A stretch of DNA of 64,000 bases from a bacterium (lineage in GTDB: Bacteria; UBA8248), in NCBI GenBank assembly GCA_965207065.1, contig OZ242260.1, positions 416,001 through 480,000 of the forward strand, in the 5' to 3' direction. This document shows, piece by piece, positions 1 to 9,580 of this stretch (within the stretch, counting starts at the first letter, position 1; each line of letters begins with the position of its first letter). Below the pieces are notes generated by a model. The model made no database searches, was not told the DNA's origin, and saw nothing but the letters and a program-made list of their open reading frames with translations. The translations under genes were made by a program, and so were the position numbers.

Positions 1-942
1 TTCGGCGTGCGTGAAATCTGCATGCAGGGGGGGCTGAACCCCCAGATATCGATCGACCGCTACGAGGAAGTGCTCAGGCTCGCGCGGGAAGTCATCCCCG
101 GCGTCCACATGCACGCCTATTCACCCGCGGAAGTCGACCACATCCAGCGAAAAACCAGGCTTCCGCTCGAAGTGGTGCTCACCAGGCTCAAAGAAGCGGG
201 GCTCGGCTCCGTCCCCGGGACGGCGGCAGAGATACTCGTGGAGAGGGTGAAGAAGCTCATCAGCCCGGGAAGAATCCCCGTCGAGAGATGGTGCGAGATC
301 ATCCGGACCGCTCACGCCGTGGGCATCCCGACGACGTCCACCGTCATGTACGGCCACATCGAGAGCAGCGCCGATCTGGCCGAGCACATGGATATTCTCC
401 GGAAGATGCAAAAAGACTCGCTCAAGACGGACAGTGAGGGCCGGTTCACGGAGTTCGTTCCCCTGCCCTTCATCCCCTACGACAACAAGATGGGCGAGGA
501 GTTCGGCATCGAGAAAATGGCGGACCTGGAAACCATCTTCAGACTTCACGCCGTGGCCCGGCTCTTCTTCCGGGGGATGATCGCCAACATTCAGGTGGCA
601 TGGCCCAAGATCGGAATCGACGCCGCGAAGAAGGCGCTCTCCCTCGGGGTGAACGACCTGGGCGGAACGCTGATCGAGGAGAACATCTCCCGCGAATCGG
701 GTTCCGAATACGGACAAAGCCTGAGCCCCAAACAATTCAACGACGCCATCCTGGGAGCGGGACGCATTCCCGTCCAGCGCACCACTACCTACGACATCAT
801 CAGAGAAGACGATCCGAGATACCGACCTCCACGTGCGGATGACGAAGCGCTGCTCGGCGCCGGCTTCTCGGGCGGGCAAAAGACGGGCGACTTCATCCCG
901 GATACCCACCTGGGCGTCTCGAATCCCGAACTCCCCCGCTAA
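1..942 (+). CDS. cofH: FO synthase subunit CofH (radical SAM), truncated at the window's left edge
   Basis: PGTAAEIL, MYGHIE, EFVPLPF and NDLGGTLIEENISR motifs of the CofH/MqnC family; first gene seen of the F420 operon. Confidence 0.8.
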   Translation, partial: FGVREICMQGGLNPQISIDRYEEVLRLAREVIPGVHMHAYSPAEVDHIQRKTRLPLEVVLTRLKEAGLGSVPGTAAEILVERVKKLISPGRIPVERWCEIIRTAHAVGIPTTSTVMYGHIESSADLAEHMDILRKMQKDSLKTDSEGRFTEFVPLPFIPYDNKMGEEFGIEKMADLETIFRLHAVARLFFRGMIANIQVAWPKIGIDAAKKALSLGVNDLGGTLIEENISRESGSEYGQSLSPKQFNDAILGAGRIPVQRTTTYDIIREDDPRYRPPRADDEALLGAGFSGGQKTGDFIPDTHLGVSNPELPR

Positions 943-961
943 CAGGCCGGAGAAAGAATCC

Positions 962-2404
962 TTGAACGAACTTCACCATCATTCCTTCAAAGACATGATG
1001 AACGACGTGGTAGACGCGGGCAGTTGCTGCGAGTGCGGAAGCTGCGTCCTCGTCTGCCCGCACAACGTCATCGAATACATCAATTCCAAGCCCAAGCAGA
1101 CGGCCAAGGCAAAAGCCGATTTCGATTACTGCGGCATCAGCGAAGGGGTGGGCTGCGACGTGTGCGCGTCGGTATGCCCGAGGCTCTGGCCAAGAGAGAA
1201 CCACCTGAAAGACGCCACATTCCAGGAAACGAGGAGCGAGACGTACGAGGGCATCTTCGGCGCCTATCAGCACATCTTCATGGCGAGAACCAAGCGCGAC
1301 GACGTGATGGCGCGCGCTCAGGACGGCGGCATCGTCACCGCGCTTTTGGCATGGGCGCTCGAGGCGGGCGTGATCGACGGGGCGGTGGTCTCCGCCGTCG
1401 GGGAGGACGACCCGCCCTGCGACCCGAGCCCCAAGGTCGCCACGACGTACGAGGAGATTCGAGCGAGCGCGGGCAGCTGGTACACCTATTGTCCGAACAA
1501 CCTCGCACTTGAGGAAGTGAAAGAAAGAGACCTGAAAAAGGTCGGCTTCGTGGGCGTCCCCTGTCAGGTCACGCCAATTCGCAAGATGGAGCTCATCGAC
1601 CCCGCCTTTCTGGTCTCGCACAAGAAAAGACCCCAGCACATCGAGAAGCAGCGCGGCTTTCTGAGAGGATTTTCGGAGCGCGTGGCGTTCCAAATCGGGC
1701 TTTTCTGCACCGAGGTCTTCACCTTCGACCTGATGACGGAGAAAATCGAAAAGGACCTCGGCATCCCCCTCACTGATGTGGCGAAGTTCAACGTGAAGGG
1801 CGAGGTGCTCGTGCACAAGAAAGACGGGGAACTCGTCACCTTCTCGCTCCAGGAGGCGATGGAGAACTACCAGCGCCCCGAGTGCCAGCACTGCGCGGAT
1901 TTCTCCGCCGAGCTGGCGGACATCGCCTGCGGCGGCGTGGGCACAAGGGGCTGGACCATCGTGGTACTGAGAACCGAGAAGGGCAAGGAGATCTGGAGCG
2001 AATTCGAAAAAGAGGGACTCGTGGAGATTCAGCCGATGCAGGAGAACCGGCGGGCCTGGAACATCCTGCACATTCTGGCGCGAAGGCAGCGCAACCGCGT
2101 GCCGACCTTAGGACCCAGGAGCGGCACGCCGGAAGGCCTCCCACAATACGACCCGTTCGATGGCGCCGGTTTCGCCGCTCAAAACATGGTCGACAGCCCC
2201 AAGACGCCCGAGGAACTGGAAGAATGCCTCGATACGGCCTACGGGGATGAGGCGCGCCCCGAAGGCGTGCGCGGTTTCCTCGCGGGCCAGCCGATTCCGG
2301 ACACCCCGGCAGACCCGCCCCCCGGGGAGAAGCGCAAACTTCCACCGCCCCCGAGCCCGGCCCAGGGCGGCGCGCCGCCGGGCTGGGAGCCACAAGAGTC
2401 ATAA
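962..2404 (+). CDS. Coenzyme F420 hydrogenase/dehydrogenase beta-subunit (FrhB/FpoF) family protein with N-terminal 4Fe-4S ferredoxin domain
   Basis: CCECGSCVLVCP and CDVCASVCP, QDGGIVTALL, VGVPCQ, IGLFC, CQHCADFSAELADI; start uncertain (TTG 962 or ATG 995). Confidence 0.85.
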   Translation: MNELHHHSFKDMMNDVVDAGSCCECGSCVLVCPHNVIEYINSKPKQTAKAKADFDYCGISEGVGCDVCASVCPRLWPRENHLKDATFQETRSETYEGIFGAYQHIFMARTKRDDVMARAQDGGIVTALLAWALEAGVIDGAVVSAVGEDDPPCDPSPKVATTYEEIRASAGSWYTYCPNNLALEEVKERDLKKVGFVGVPCQVTPIRKMELIDPAFLVSHKKRPQHIEKQRGFLRGFSERVAFQIGLFCTEVFTFDLMTEKIEKDLGIPLTDVAKFNVKGEVLVHKKDGELVTFSLQEAMENYQRPECQHCADFSAELADIACGGVGTRGWTIVVLRTEKGKEIWSEFEKEGLVEIQPMQENRRAWNILHILARRQRNRVPTLGPRSGTPEGLPQYDPFDGAGFAAQNMVDSPKTPEELEECLDTAYGDEARPEGVRGFLAGQPIPDTPADPPPGEKRKLPPPPSPAQGGAPPGWEPQES

Positions 2405-2405
2405 G

Positions 2406-3041
2406 TTGGACACTCCCTCCACCGAAGACAAAAAAACGGCGCTCTCCATTTCGCTGGATGAAGCCTTGCGCAAAAGGCGATCCATCCGGCATTTCACGGC
2501 CGAGCCCGTCCCGATGGAGATACTGAAAACAGCCATCTCCGCCGCGTGCCTCGCCCCCAGCCCGCACGGAACGGGCCCCTGGCGGTTTTGCATCCTCGAT
2601 TCCAAAGAGGCGAAAGAGACCTTAGCCGCCGAGATGGGCGAGGATTTTCTGCGCGACATGAAAGCGGAGGGCGTGCCCGAGGAAGAGCGGACGCGCAGGC
2701 ACCGGGGGAGCATCCGCCTGCTGACGGGCGCGCCGGTTCTCATCATGGCGTCCCTCTCCTTCGCGGACCTGGACGTTTACGAAGAACCCGAAAAACAGGC
2801 CAATGAGTGGATGATGGCCGAACACAGCCTGGGCGGCGCTCTTCAAAATTTGATGCTCGCCCTCGCAGTCCATGAGGTGGGCTCCGTGTGGCGCTGCGCT
2901 CCCCTGTTCTGTCCCGAAACGGCCAGAAAGGCCCTGGAGCTGCCCGCAGACTGGGTGCCCAGGGCCCTCATCGTCGCGGGCTACCCCTCACAGCAGCCCG
3001 CACCCAAAGAAACGCCCGAGCCGGTGTTGATAATCCGATGA
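2406..3041 (+). CDS. Nitroreductase-family protein, probable stand-alone equivalent of the FbiB C-terminal (dehydro-F420 reductase) domain
   Basis: RRSIRHF, APSPHGTGPWRF and WRCAPLFCPE motifs; lies inside the F420 operon. Confidence 0.75.
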   Translation: MDTPSTEDKKTALSISLDEALRKRRSIRHFTAEPVPMEILKTAISAACLAPSPHGTGPWRFCILDSKEAKETLAAEMGEDFLRDMKAEGVPEEERTRRHRGSIRLLTGAPVLIMASLSFADLDVYEEPEKQANEWMMAEHSLGGALQNLMLALAVHEVGSVWRCAPLFCPETARKALELPADWVPRALIVAGYPSQQPAPKETPEPVLIIR

Positions 3042-3994
3042 GCTTTTCCGGCCCTGTCGTTGCGCTCGCAGGAGGGGTGGGAGGCGCCAAGCTCGCCGTC
3101 GGCCTGGCCCATGCACTGCCCGAGGGGGCGCTCACCGTCGTCGTAAACACCGCGGACGACCTGGTGCTTCACGGCCTGCACATCAGCCCGGACATCGACA
3201 CCGTGATGTACAACCTCGCGGGCATGTCGAACCCCGAGACGGGCTGGGGCATCGACGGCGACGGGACGAGCGCGCTCGACCTCCTGGGTCGCTACGGGGG
3301 GCCGACCTGGTTCCGGCTCGGCGACAAAGACCTGGCAACCCACATCCGCAGAACCCAGCGCCTGGCCGAGGGCGCTCGCTTAACAGAAGTGACGCGCGAA
3401 CTCGCCGCATCCCTGGGCATCAAGGCGAACATACTGCCGATGACGGATTCTTCCATCGCCACGCGCGTGAAGACGCCCGAGGGAGAGCTCGAGTTTCAGG
3501 ATTACTTCGTCGCCAGAGGAACGCGGCCGAGCGTATGCGGTGTGCGCTTCCAGGGGGCGGATGAGGCGCGCGCCACGCCCGAGGTCATGCACGCGTTCGA
3601 TGAAGCGCGCGCGATCGTTTTTTGTCCGTCGAACCCGATTGTGAGCATCGGCCCCATTCTCGCGATATCGGACATTCACGAGCGGCTGCGCAGTGCGTCC
3701 GCGCCGCGCGTGGGGGTGAGCCCCATCATCGGGGGCGCGGCCCTGAGAGGCCCCGCCGCCGAGATGCTGAAAAGCCTGGGGCATGAGGTGTCGGCTCTGG
3801 GCGTCGCCCGGATCCTCAAAGACGTGCTCGACGGGTTCGTCGTGGACACCGAAGATGAAGCCCTCGTTCCCGCCATCGAAGATATCGGGCTTAGTAGCAT
3901 CGCGCTGCCCAGCATCATGTCCGACGTTGAATCGAAGAAAAAACTGGCGCAGGGTGTTTTGGCGTTCGCCTCATCGGTGCAAAAGATGGCATAA
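3038..3994 (+). CDS. cofD: 2-phospho-L-lactate transferase CofD/FbiA
   Basis: LAGGVGGAKL, GLHISPDIDTVMY, WFRLGDKDLATH, PSNPIVSIGPIL. Confidence 0.95.
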   Translation: MSFSGPVVALAGGVGGAKLAVGLAHALPEGALTVVVNTADDLVLHGLHISPDIDTVMYNLAGMSNPETGWGIDGDGTSALDLLGRYGGPTWFRLGDKDLATHIRRTQRLAEGARLTEVTRELAASLGIKANILPMTDSSIATRVKTPEGELEFQDYFVARGTRPSVCGVRFQGADEARATPEVMHAFDEARAIVFCPSNPIVSIGPILAISDIHERLRSASAPRVGVSPIIGGAALRGPAAEMLKSLGHEVSALGVARILKDVLDGFVVDTEDEALVPAIEDIGLSSIALPSIMSDVESKKKLAQGVLAFASSVQKMA

Positions 3995-4046
3995 GAGGAT
4001 TCAGGTATACTCAAAAACACGTTTTCTCATTATGACCCCGGGATGG

Positions 4047-4703
4047 ATGATGAGTCTTTCTAGCCATTGCGTCGCCCTGATACCCGTTCGCGATTTCAGA
4101 ACCGGAAACTCGAGGCTCGCGCAGACCCTGGACGAGAACACGAGAAACCTCCTGGGCCGCTGGATGCTGGAACGCGTCCTGAAGGCCGTCGGCAATGCTG
4201 AGCGCATCGACGAAATCGCTGTGCTGAGCGATTCCGCGGAAGTCCTGACGCTCGCCGGTGAATACGGCGCAGTCGGTCTGCTCCAGGAATCAGGCGGCCT
4301 CAACAACGATCTGGAAATCGGACGCTCATGGGCAAGAGAGAGAAACGCTTGTTCTTTGTTGATCGTCCACGGAGATTTGCCGTTTCTGACGACTGAAGAA
4401 GTGAATGAACTTCTCCAAGGACTCGAACCATTAAAAAATCCCGGGCGCGACATACGCATCGCCCGCTCGAAGGACGGCGGAACGACCGCTCTTTTCACCC
4501 GGCCGATCGACGCAATTCCCTTCTTGTTCGGGGAGCAGAGTTTCGAGAAACACATCAACACCGCGCGGGAAAAAGGCTGTTCGGCGCAATCTTATGAATC
4601 TTTCGGCTTCGCGCACGACATCGACTCGCCAGAAGACCTCGAATTCCTGCTCTCCCACGAAAAAGAAACGCCGGAGTGGCTCGCTTCTGCTCCCATGAGA
4701 TGA
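4047..4703 (+). CDS. cofC: 2-phospho-L-lactate/PEP guanylyltransferase CofC/FbiD
   Basis: IPVRDF..NSRLA, GDLPFL, DGGT, FGEQSF..H, DIDSPEDL; start approximate. Confidence 0.9.
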   Translation: MMSLSSHCVALIPVRDFRTGNSRLAQTLDENTRNLLGRWMLERVLKAVGNAERIDEIAVLSDSAEVLTLAGEYGAVGLLQESGGLNNDLEIGRSWARERNACSLLIVHGDLPFLTTEEVNELLQGLEPLKNPGRDIRIARSKDGGTTALFTRPIDAIPFLFGEQSFEKHINTAREKGCSAQSYESFGFAHDIDSPEDLEFLLSHEKETPEWLASAPMR

Positions 4704-5461
4704 AAAACGTCGCAATCATCCCCGTAACCGGATTGCCTGAAATCAAGGCGGGCGACGCGCTCGCACCCCTGATCCTGGAGGCGATTGAGGCGGACGGCCT
4801 GAAAATCCGGGACCGGGACGTCCTCGTCCTCGCGCAGAAGATCGTCAGCAAGTCCGAAGGCAGGCTTTTGGACCTGAAAAGCATTAAGCCATCCAAGGAA
4901 GCGCTTGATATCGCGAACCGCGACGGGCGCGACCCGAGGCTGGTGGAGGCGGTGCTCGGAGAGTCGAAAGAGATCGTCGTCGCCTCGGAACGCGCGCTCA
5001 TCGTGGAGCACCGCACGGGCGCAGTATGCGCCCATGCAGGGATTGATCGCTCGAACGTCGGGGGGGATGAAGACCAGGTGCTGCTGTTGCCCCGCGACGC
5101 CGACCTCTCCGCCCGGAAACTCCATGAAGAGATCAAGAGCGCGACGAACGCCTTCGTTCCCGTCCTCATCGCCGACACCCAGGGGCGCGCATTCCGGCGC
5201 GGCGTCGTCGGCGTAGCGATAGGCTGCGCAGGCCTGGAGCCCCTGGTGGACTTAAGGGGTGAGAAAGACAGAACGGGCCGAATGCTCGAGATCACCATAC
5301 TCGCGCACGCGGATGAAATCGCGGCGGCGGCGAGCCTGGTGATGGGACAGGACAAGCAGGGCGTTCCCGCCGTCTTGATTCGCGGCCTCGAGTACCATGA
5401 GGGAGACCGTCCCGCGCAAACGCTCTACCGCACGAAAGAGGAAGACTTGTTTCGCCCATAA
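4700..5461 (+). CDS. cofE: F420-0:L-glutamate ligase CofE
   Basis: GLPEIKAGD, QKIVSKSEG, AGIDRSN, DTQGRAFRRG. Confidence 0.95.
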   Translation: MKNVAIIPVTGLPEIKAGDALAPLILEAIEADGLKIRDRDVLVLAQKIVSKSEGRLLDLKSIKPSKEALDIANRDGRDPRLVEAVLGESKEIVVASERALIVEHRTGAVCAHAGIDRSNVGGDEDQVLLLPRDADLSARKLHEEIKSATNAFVPVLIADTQGRAFRRGVVGVAIGCAGLEPLVDLRGEKDRTGRMLEITILAHADEIAAAASLVMGQDKQGVPAVLIRGLEYHEGDRPAQTLYRTKEEDLFRP

Positions 5462-5491
5462 AGCCACAACTCTCAATATGAGGATGCGCTC

Positions 5492-5824
5492 ATGGCTATA
5501 CTTCATTGGAACGACGTCGAGGAAAGACAACTGAACGACATCATCCGGGGCAGGATCGTCAAAACCGACAACGTGATGGCGTGCCGGATCACGGCGAAGA
5601 CCGGAAACCCCATCAAAACCCATACCCACGAGTTCGACCAGATAACACACATGATCCGGGGAAAACTGAAGTTCCACTCGGGAGACGGGGATTACCAGGT
5701 CGTTCAGCCGGGAGACGTCATGATCTTTCCGGCGGGAACCCCGCACGGAGGGGAAGTCCTCGAAGATGCGGAATATATCGACATGTTCTCGCCGCCGAAT
5801 CCTGATTTTCAGTGGGACAAATAA
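5492..5824 (+). CDS. Cupin-domain protein
   Basis: HTHEFDQ and PAGTPHG cupin motifs. Confidence 0.85.
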   Translation: MAILHWNDVEERQLNDIIRGRIVKTDNVMACRITAKTGNPIKTHTHEFDQITHMIRGKLKFHSGDGDYQVVQPGDVMIFPAGTPHGGEVLEDAEYIDMFSPPNPDFQWDK

Positions 5825-5878
5825 TACCCGGAATGCAATCGCTCTCTTACCGGGAAAACATCAGGCGCAAAACAAGAT

Positions 5879-5912
5879 GAACCGGCCCTCCCCGAATCGG
5901 GAGAGCCGGTTC
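5879..5912. terminator. Hairpin between the convergent F420/cupin operon and the phage-like tail module
   Basis: gaaccggccctccc / gggagagccggttc inverted repeat. Confidence 0.6.
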
Positions 5913-5913
5913 T

Positions 5914-6120
5914 CTAGCTCTTGAATCGTCTGAGATTCGTGCTTTTCCCCGTCTCCCGCCGGTTCATCCGCTCCAGCGCAAGGCCGGCTTCGAGCACCTC
6001 CTGATTGAAGCGAAACTCCTCCCAGGAGCATCGGGCCAGCAGGTGCGGGGGAAGGCCATAGGTCTTCGCCTGGAAATGAATGACCGCCAGCAGCTCTTTT
6101 CTACGCCGCCGGAAACGCAT
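5914..6120 (-). CDS. Tail assembly chaperone downstream ('T') segment, possibly expressed by frameshift
   Basis: Short ORF overlapping the end of the upstream chaperone gene in the +1 frame, downstream of the tail tube gene. Confidence 0.5.
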   Translation of the reverse strand: MRFRRRRKELLAVIHFQAKTYGLPPHLLARCSWEEFRFNQEVLEAGLALERMNRRETGKSTNLRRFKS

Positions 6121-6535
6121 CGCCTCCCGGCGCGTCCTCCCCGGGAGCAGGGGCCGCCGCCTCGTTCTGAAGCGCCGTGACCGCCGTGAAGATAGCGTCG
6201 GCATCCGCCGGGGCGAGTTCATGGATGCTCAGTTCATCGGGCAGGCAACGCCCCGGTTCTTTTTCCGTCATCGAGCCGCGCCCGGGAACGAAGCAGCGCC
6301 TCAGGATGCAATGCACCCACTCCCCGGTAAGCGCGTATCGCTCCTCCTCGCCCGCAGCGCCGTTAGCGGCCCCTGCGAACAGCTTGGGATACGCCGCCAT
6401 GTCCAGGAGATTCGGTGCGCGTACAAAGCCCTTGAGCCCCGAGGGCAGGGTGATGGGCTTGCGTCCATGGTTCCTGTATTCTGATATTTCCACGATTCCT
6501 CCCGTTCGTTTTTTCTGAATCAATAGCTTAACCAA
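6101..6535 (-). CDS. Phage tail assembly chaperone ('G') candidate
   Basis: Position directly after tail tube gene, size about 130-144 aa, overlapping downstream ORF; start uncertain. Confidence 0.55.
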   Translation of the reverse strand: MVKLLIQKKRTGGIVEISEYRNHGRKPITLPSGLKGFVRAPNLLDMAAYPKLFAGAANGAAGEEERYALTGEWVHCILRRCFVPGRGSMTEKEPGRCLPDELSIHELAPADADAIFTAVTALQNEAAAPAPGEDAPGGDAFPAA

Positions 6536-6565
6536 ATGAAAAAGAAGCCGCTTGTCGAATAACGA

Positions 6566-7705
6566 CTAGGTGAAGACGATTGCTATCTCGTCATCGCCCG
6601 CATCGCGTGCCAGGCGGAAGGGTGCATCGTAGGTCAGCAGGCCGTCGCGATCCGAAAAACCCATATCCGCGTACTGGCATCTGGGCGCGGTGATGGTGCA
6701 GATGTTCCCGGCCCTGTGGCCGACTTGCACTTTCAGAGGGAGCCTCGCGCCATTTTCCCAATTCTTGAACGCATCATTGGTGGCTATGAGTACGGCCTCG
6801 GGATCGAAGGAACCGGAGGGTGCCCGCCCCGTCACGACGGCGTTGACGTGCCCGCCGGATGCGTTGGCGCTTTGGCGCAGCACCACTTCGTTGTTCATGG
6901 CGAAGCGGATGTTCGTCACGTCGAAATGAAACCCGCCGAACGAAAAGCCGCTCATGAGGACGGGTTCGGGCGTCTGGTCGTCGTAGGACGCGCCGTCAAG
7001 GATCGGTGCGTCGCTCACCTCGAAATCGGCCGCCTCGAATTCCCAATCCACCGTGGGAACGCCATCCAGAGGGCAGTTGATGGAAAAACTCCCCATGCAG
7101 CCCAGATACATGACCCGCAATCCATCGATGAACGCCGTCAGGCAGATTCTCGTATAGCCCGATTTATCGGAGGCGGGCGCGTAAGCGACGGAGGTATCCT
7201 CGACGATGGTTTCCTTCATCGCGCACGCCTTGAACAGCAATCCATAATCCGGCGCGACGCCCGCTGCGCCCGAACCGCGCAACTCGGTGGAGAAAGAAAT
7301 CTGCGCGGAGCGCTTCCCGGGAATCGAGGGAAAAGGCGAGAGGCTCGCATCCTCCACCGCGCGTTCCAGCTGCTCTACGCTGACCTCATGAGAGAAGTTG
7401 CCCGCCCGAAACAATTCCGAGGCAGCCGCCGGTCGATCCAGGAGGCAGGCCGTGCCCGCAGCGGGGGTGGTGTCCCAGGCGTCGTCCACCGTGAGCGTGT
7501 CCGAGGTCGCGTCAAAAATACTCACCTTTCTTCTTTGCCCGACGCCCACTCCCCGGATCGTGCGCAGCACCGAGCCATTCCAGAAATCATCATCCTCGGA
7601 AAGCGCGGCGTCCACGAGGGTGGAGGCATCTGCGGAATCCGCCACGAGTTCTTTCTCTTCCGTCGCGCCAATCGTTTGCCGATCCATCAAAATCGTATCG
7701 CCCAT
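6566..7705 (-). CDS. Phage major tail tube protein
   Basis: ELRGSGAAGVAPDYGLLFKAC and C-terminal GDDEIAIVFT typical of tail tube proteins; AGGAGG SD before ATG 7705. Confidence 0.8.
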   Translation of the reverse strand: MGDTILMDRQTIGATEEKELVADSADASTLVDAALSEDDDFWNGSVLRTIRGVGVGQRRKVSIFDATSDTLTVDDAWDTTPAAGTACLLDRPAAASELFRAGNFSHEVSVEQLERAVEDASLSPFPSIPGKRSAQISFSTELRGSGAAGVAPDYGLLFKACAMKETIVEDTSVAYAPASDKSGYTRICLTAFIDGLRVMYLGCMGSFSINCPLDGVPTVDWEFEAADFEVSDAPILDGASYDDQTPEPVLMSGFSFGGFHFDVTNIRFAMNNEVVLRQSANASGGHVNAVVTGRAPSGSFDPEAVLIATNDAFKNWENGARLPLKVQVGHRAGNICTITAPRCQYADMGFSDRDGLLTYDAPFRLARDAGDDEIAIVFT

Positions 7706-7778
7706 CCCTTGTTCTCCTCCTTTCAGTTTTTTGAGGCGAAGGCGCATCCCTCGCCGGTATTCATTCCCCGTTCTCGTA

Positions 7779-8312
7779 TCAATCCCGCCGAATCCGCTCT
7801 ATCGCCCGGAGCCGGATTTCGGCGTAATGGCAAAGCACGTTTCCAAACGTCCTCAGTTCAATCAGGTCCACCTGCGGAGGCTGAAGGCGCTCCAGCGAGC
7901 GGACGCGCGGGGAGCCTGATTCATCGAGGAGGCGGAGCGTCCTGTCGTCCCGGAAGCGGTCGCAAATCTCCTCAAGCAGTTCCTGAAAGGCCACCTCGCT
8001 GCCCACCGCGTCCTCGGCGCTCATGATGCCGAACAGCAAGAACGTGTGGGTTCGCCTGCTGATGCCGGCGGGCGTGAAGCCACCAGCCGCATTCGAGCCG
8101 ACCGATGCAGCCTCCTCCCCTGCTCTCTCGCGCGTCAGCACCCAGCCCCTGATCTGGGCGAGGCCGTCGCCCGTCTGCCACCGGAAATGGTCCAGGTATT
8201 TCCCCAGGTCGGCCGACCAGCGCTGATAGCTGTGAACCCGCCCTGCCCCCGCCACACTCGATATTTCCGCCAAAATGGCGTCGCCGATTTCTCTGTATCG
8301 TGAATTAGCCAC
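7779..8312 (-). CDS. Phage tail terminator / neck protein
   Basis: Position between HK97 gp10-like gene and tail tube gene; overlaps upstream gene. Confidence 0.55.
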   Translation of the reverse strand: MANSRYREIGDAILAEISSVAGAGRVHSYQRWSADLGKYLDHFRWQTGDGLAQIRGWVLTRERAGEEAASVGSNAAGGFTPAGISRRTHTFLLFGIMSAEDAVGSEVAFQELLEEICDRFRDDRTLRLLDESGSPRVRSLERLQPPQVDLIELRTFGNVLCHYAEIRLRAIERIRRD

Positions 8313-8808
8313 TCATTCTCCTCGCAATCTCATCCACCAGTTCAAGAATGCGCCTATCGATTCGGCTCTGGTTCTCCTCGAAGGCGCCCGCGAACATGCG
8401 ACGCCCCGGTATCCCGTGCCGGGCGATTGATCGGGCAACGAGGAAGGACACCCTCTCGATAGACCCATCGGGCGGCCCCAGTTTGTGGGCCACCCAGCGA
8501 TACAGGGACGTGCCCTCCCTCCAGGGCGGCATTCTGCCGCCCGCCCGACGCCCGAATTCCACGTACCTGGCGTATGGGGTGCGTGAGGCGACCACGCCGC
8601 GCAACACGCTTGGGTTCTCTCCTTTGATTTCGGTGTAAATACTGCCCCTGAGGTTTCCGCTCGCGCCGATGGGCGTTCGCGCTATGACCTCGCGCCTGAG
8701 CATTCCGGTAATCTCGGCCATCGACTCGTGCGCGAGGAGAAGAACCCCCTCCCACGCGATAGCCGGCATCTCCGGCAATTCTTCAAGCGTTACATATCGA
8801 CGAAACAC
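8305..8808 (-). CDS. HK97 gp10-like tail completion protein
   Basis: TPIGASGNLRGSI and YARYVEFGR motifs. Confidence 0.75.
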   Translation of the reverse strand: MFRRYVTLEELPEMPAIAWEGVLLLAHESMAEITGMLRREVIARTPIGASGNLRGSIYTEIKGENPSVLRGVVASRTPYARYVEFGRRAGGRMPPWREGTSLYRWVAHKLGPPDGSIERVSFLVARSIARHGIPGRRMFAGAFEENQSRIDRRILELVDEIARRMSG

Positions 8809-8826
8809 TCCGCCTCTCCTATCCGC

Positions 8827-9537
8827 CTAGCGATCTTCGGACGCGCCGTGCGTGAAATACTCACCGCGCGCCAGTGAAAGAAGCACGTCCCAATCGAGAG
8901 ACGCGCCCGCCGGACCCGCCACTTCGCCTTCTTTGCGGCCGAGATGGTTCTGGTATTTGCGCTCGAGTTCCCGCCCCAGGCGCGTGTATTCCGAGGACTT
9001 GCTCTGGTAGTCCACTGAATCCGCCGCGAGGGTCGGGCTCGAGGACTGGGCGAAGCGGCGGGCCAGGAGGTGACAGCCCTCCGCGGCGGCCAGCCAGGCT
9101 ACGGCGGTCCGATCGTTTTCGGGAATGCTCGTGCGCTCGTCATCGGCCGTGTGCTTGATCGTGTAGAACAGGCGAAGCGTGTGGCCCATTTGAGGAGCGA
9201 AGTACATGAGCCTGAACCTCGCCGCCGGCGTCCCCTTGGCATAGATGATCCAGGAACTCCTTCGCAAAAAGGAGGGCTTTCTCTCCCCCTGGGGATATTC
9301 CACCTCCCGGATGAAGGAGAGGGAATCGTCCCAGTCCTCGGGGAGGGGAAAATCGAACGTCTCGCTATCGCCTGAGTAATCGGCGAACGAGACGAGCGGC
9401 ACGTCTTTGCTGTAGCGCGTGAGCGCCGCGTTCACCAGATCGGCGTAGTCCGCCTCCTCGACGCCGAACTCCCGGGGCAGCGCGCCCGCCTTCAACAAGA
9501 CCTTCACCTCTTTGATGATCGTCTGCCTGCTCGCCAT
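8827..9537 (-). CDS. Phage head-tail adaptor protein
   Basis: Position after the capsid genes; SD present; intact ORF. Confidence 0.55.
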   Translation of the reverse strand: MASRQTIIKEVKVLLKAGALPREFGVEEADYADLVNAALTRYSKDVPLVSFADYSGDSETFDFPLPEDWDDSLSFIREVEYPQGERKPSFLRRSSWIIYAKGTPAARFRLMYFAPQMGHTLRLFYTIKHTADDERTSIPENDRTAVAWLAAAEGCHLLARRFAQSSSPTLAADSVDYQSKSSEYTRLGRELERKYQNHLGRKEGEVAGPAGASLDWDVLLSLARGEYFTHGASEDR

Positions 9538-9580
9538 TTCAGTTTTCTCCTCTCCTCTCGCTTCCCGGATGCAGTCGGTC

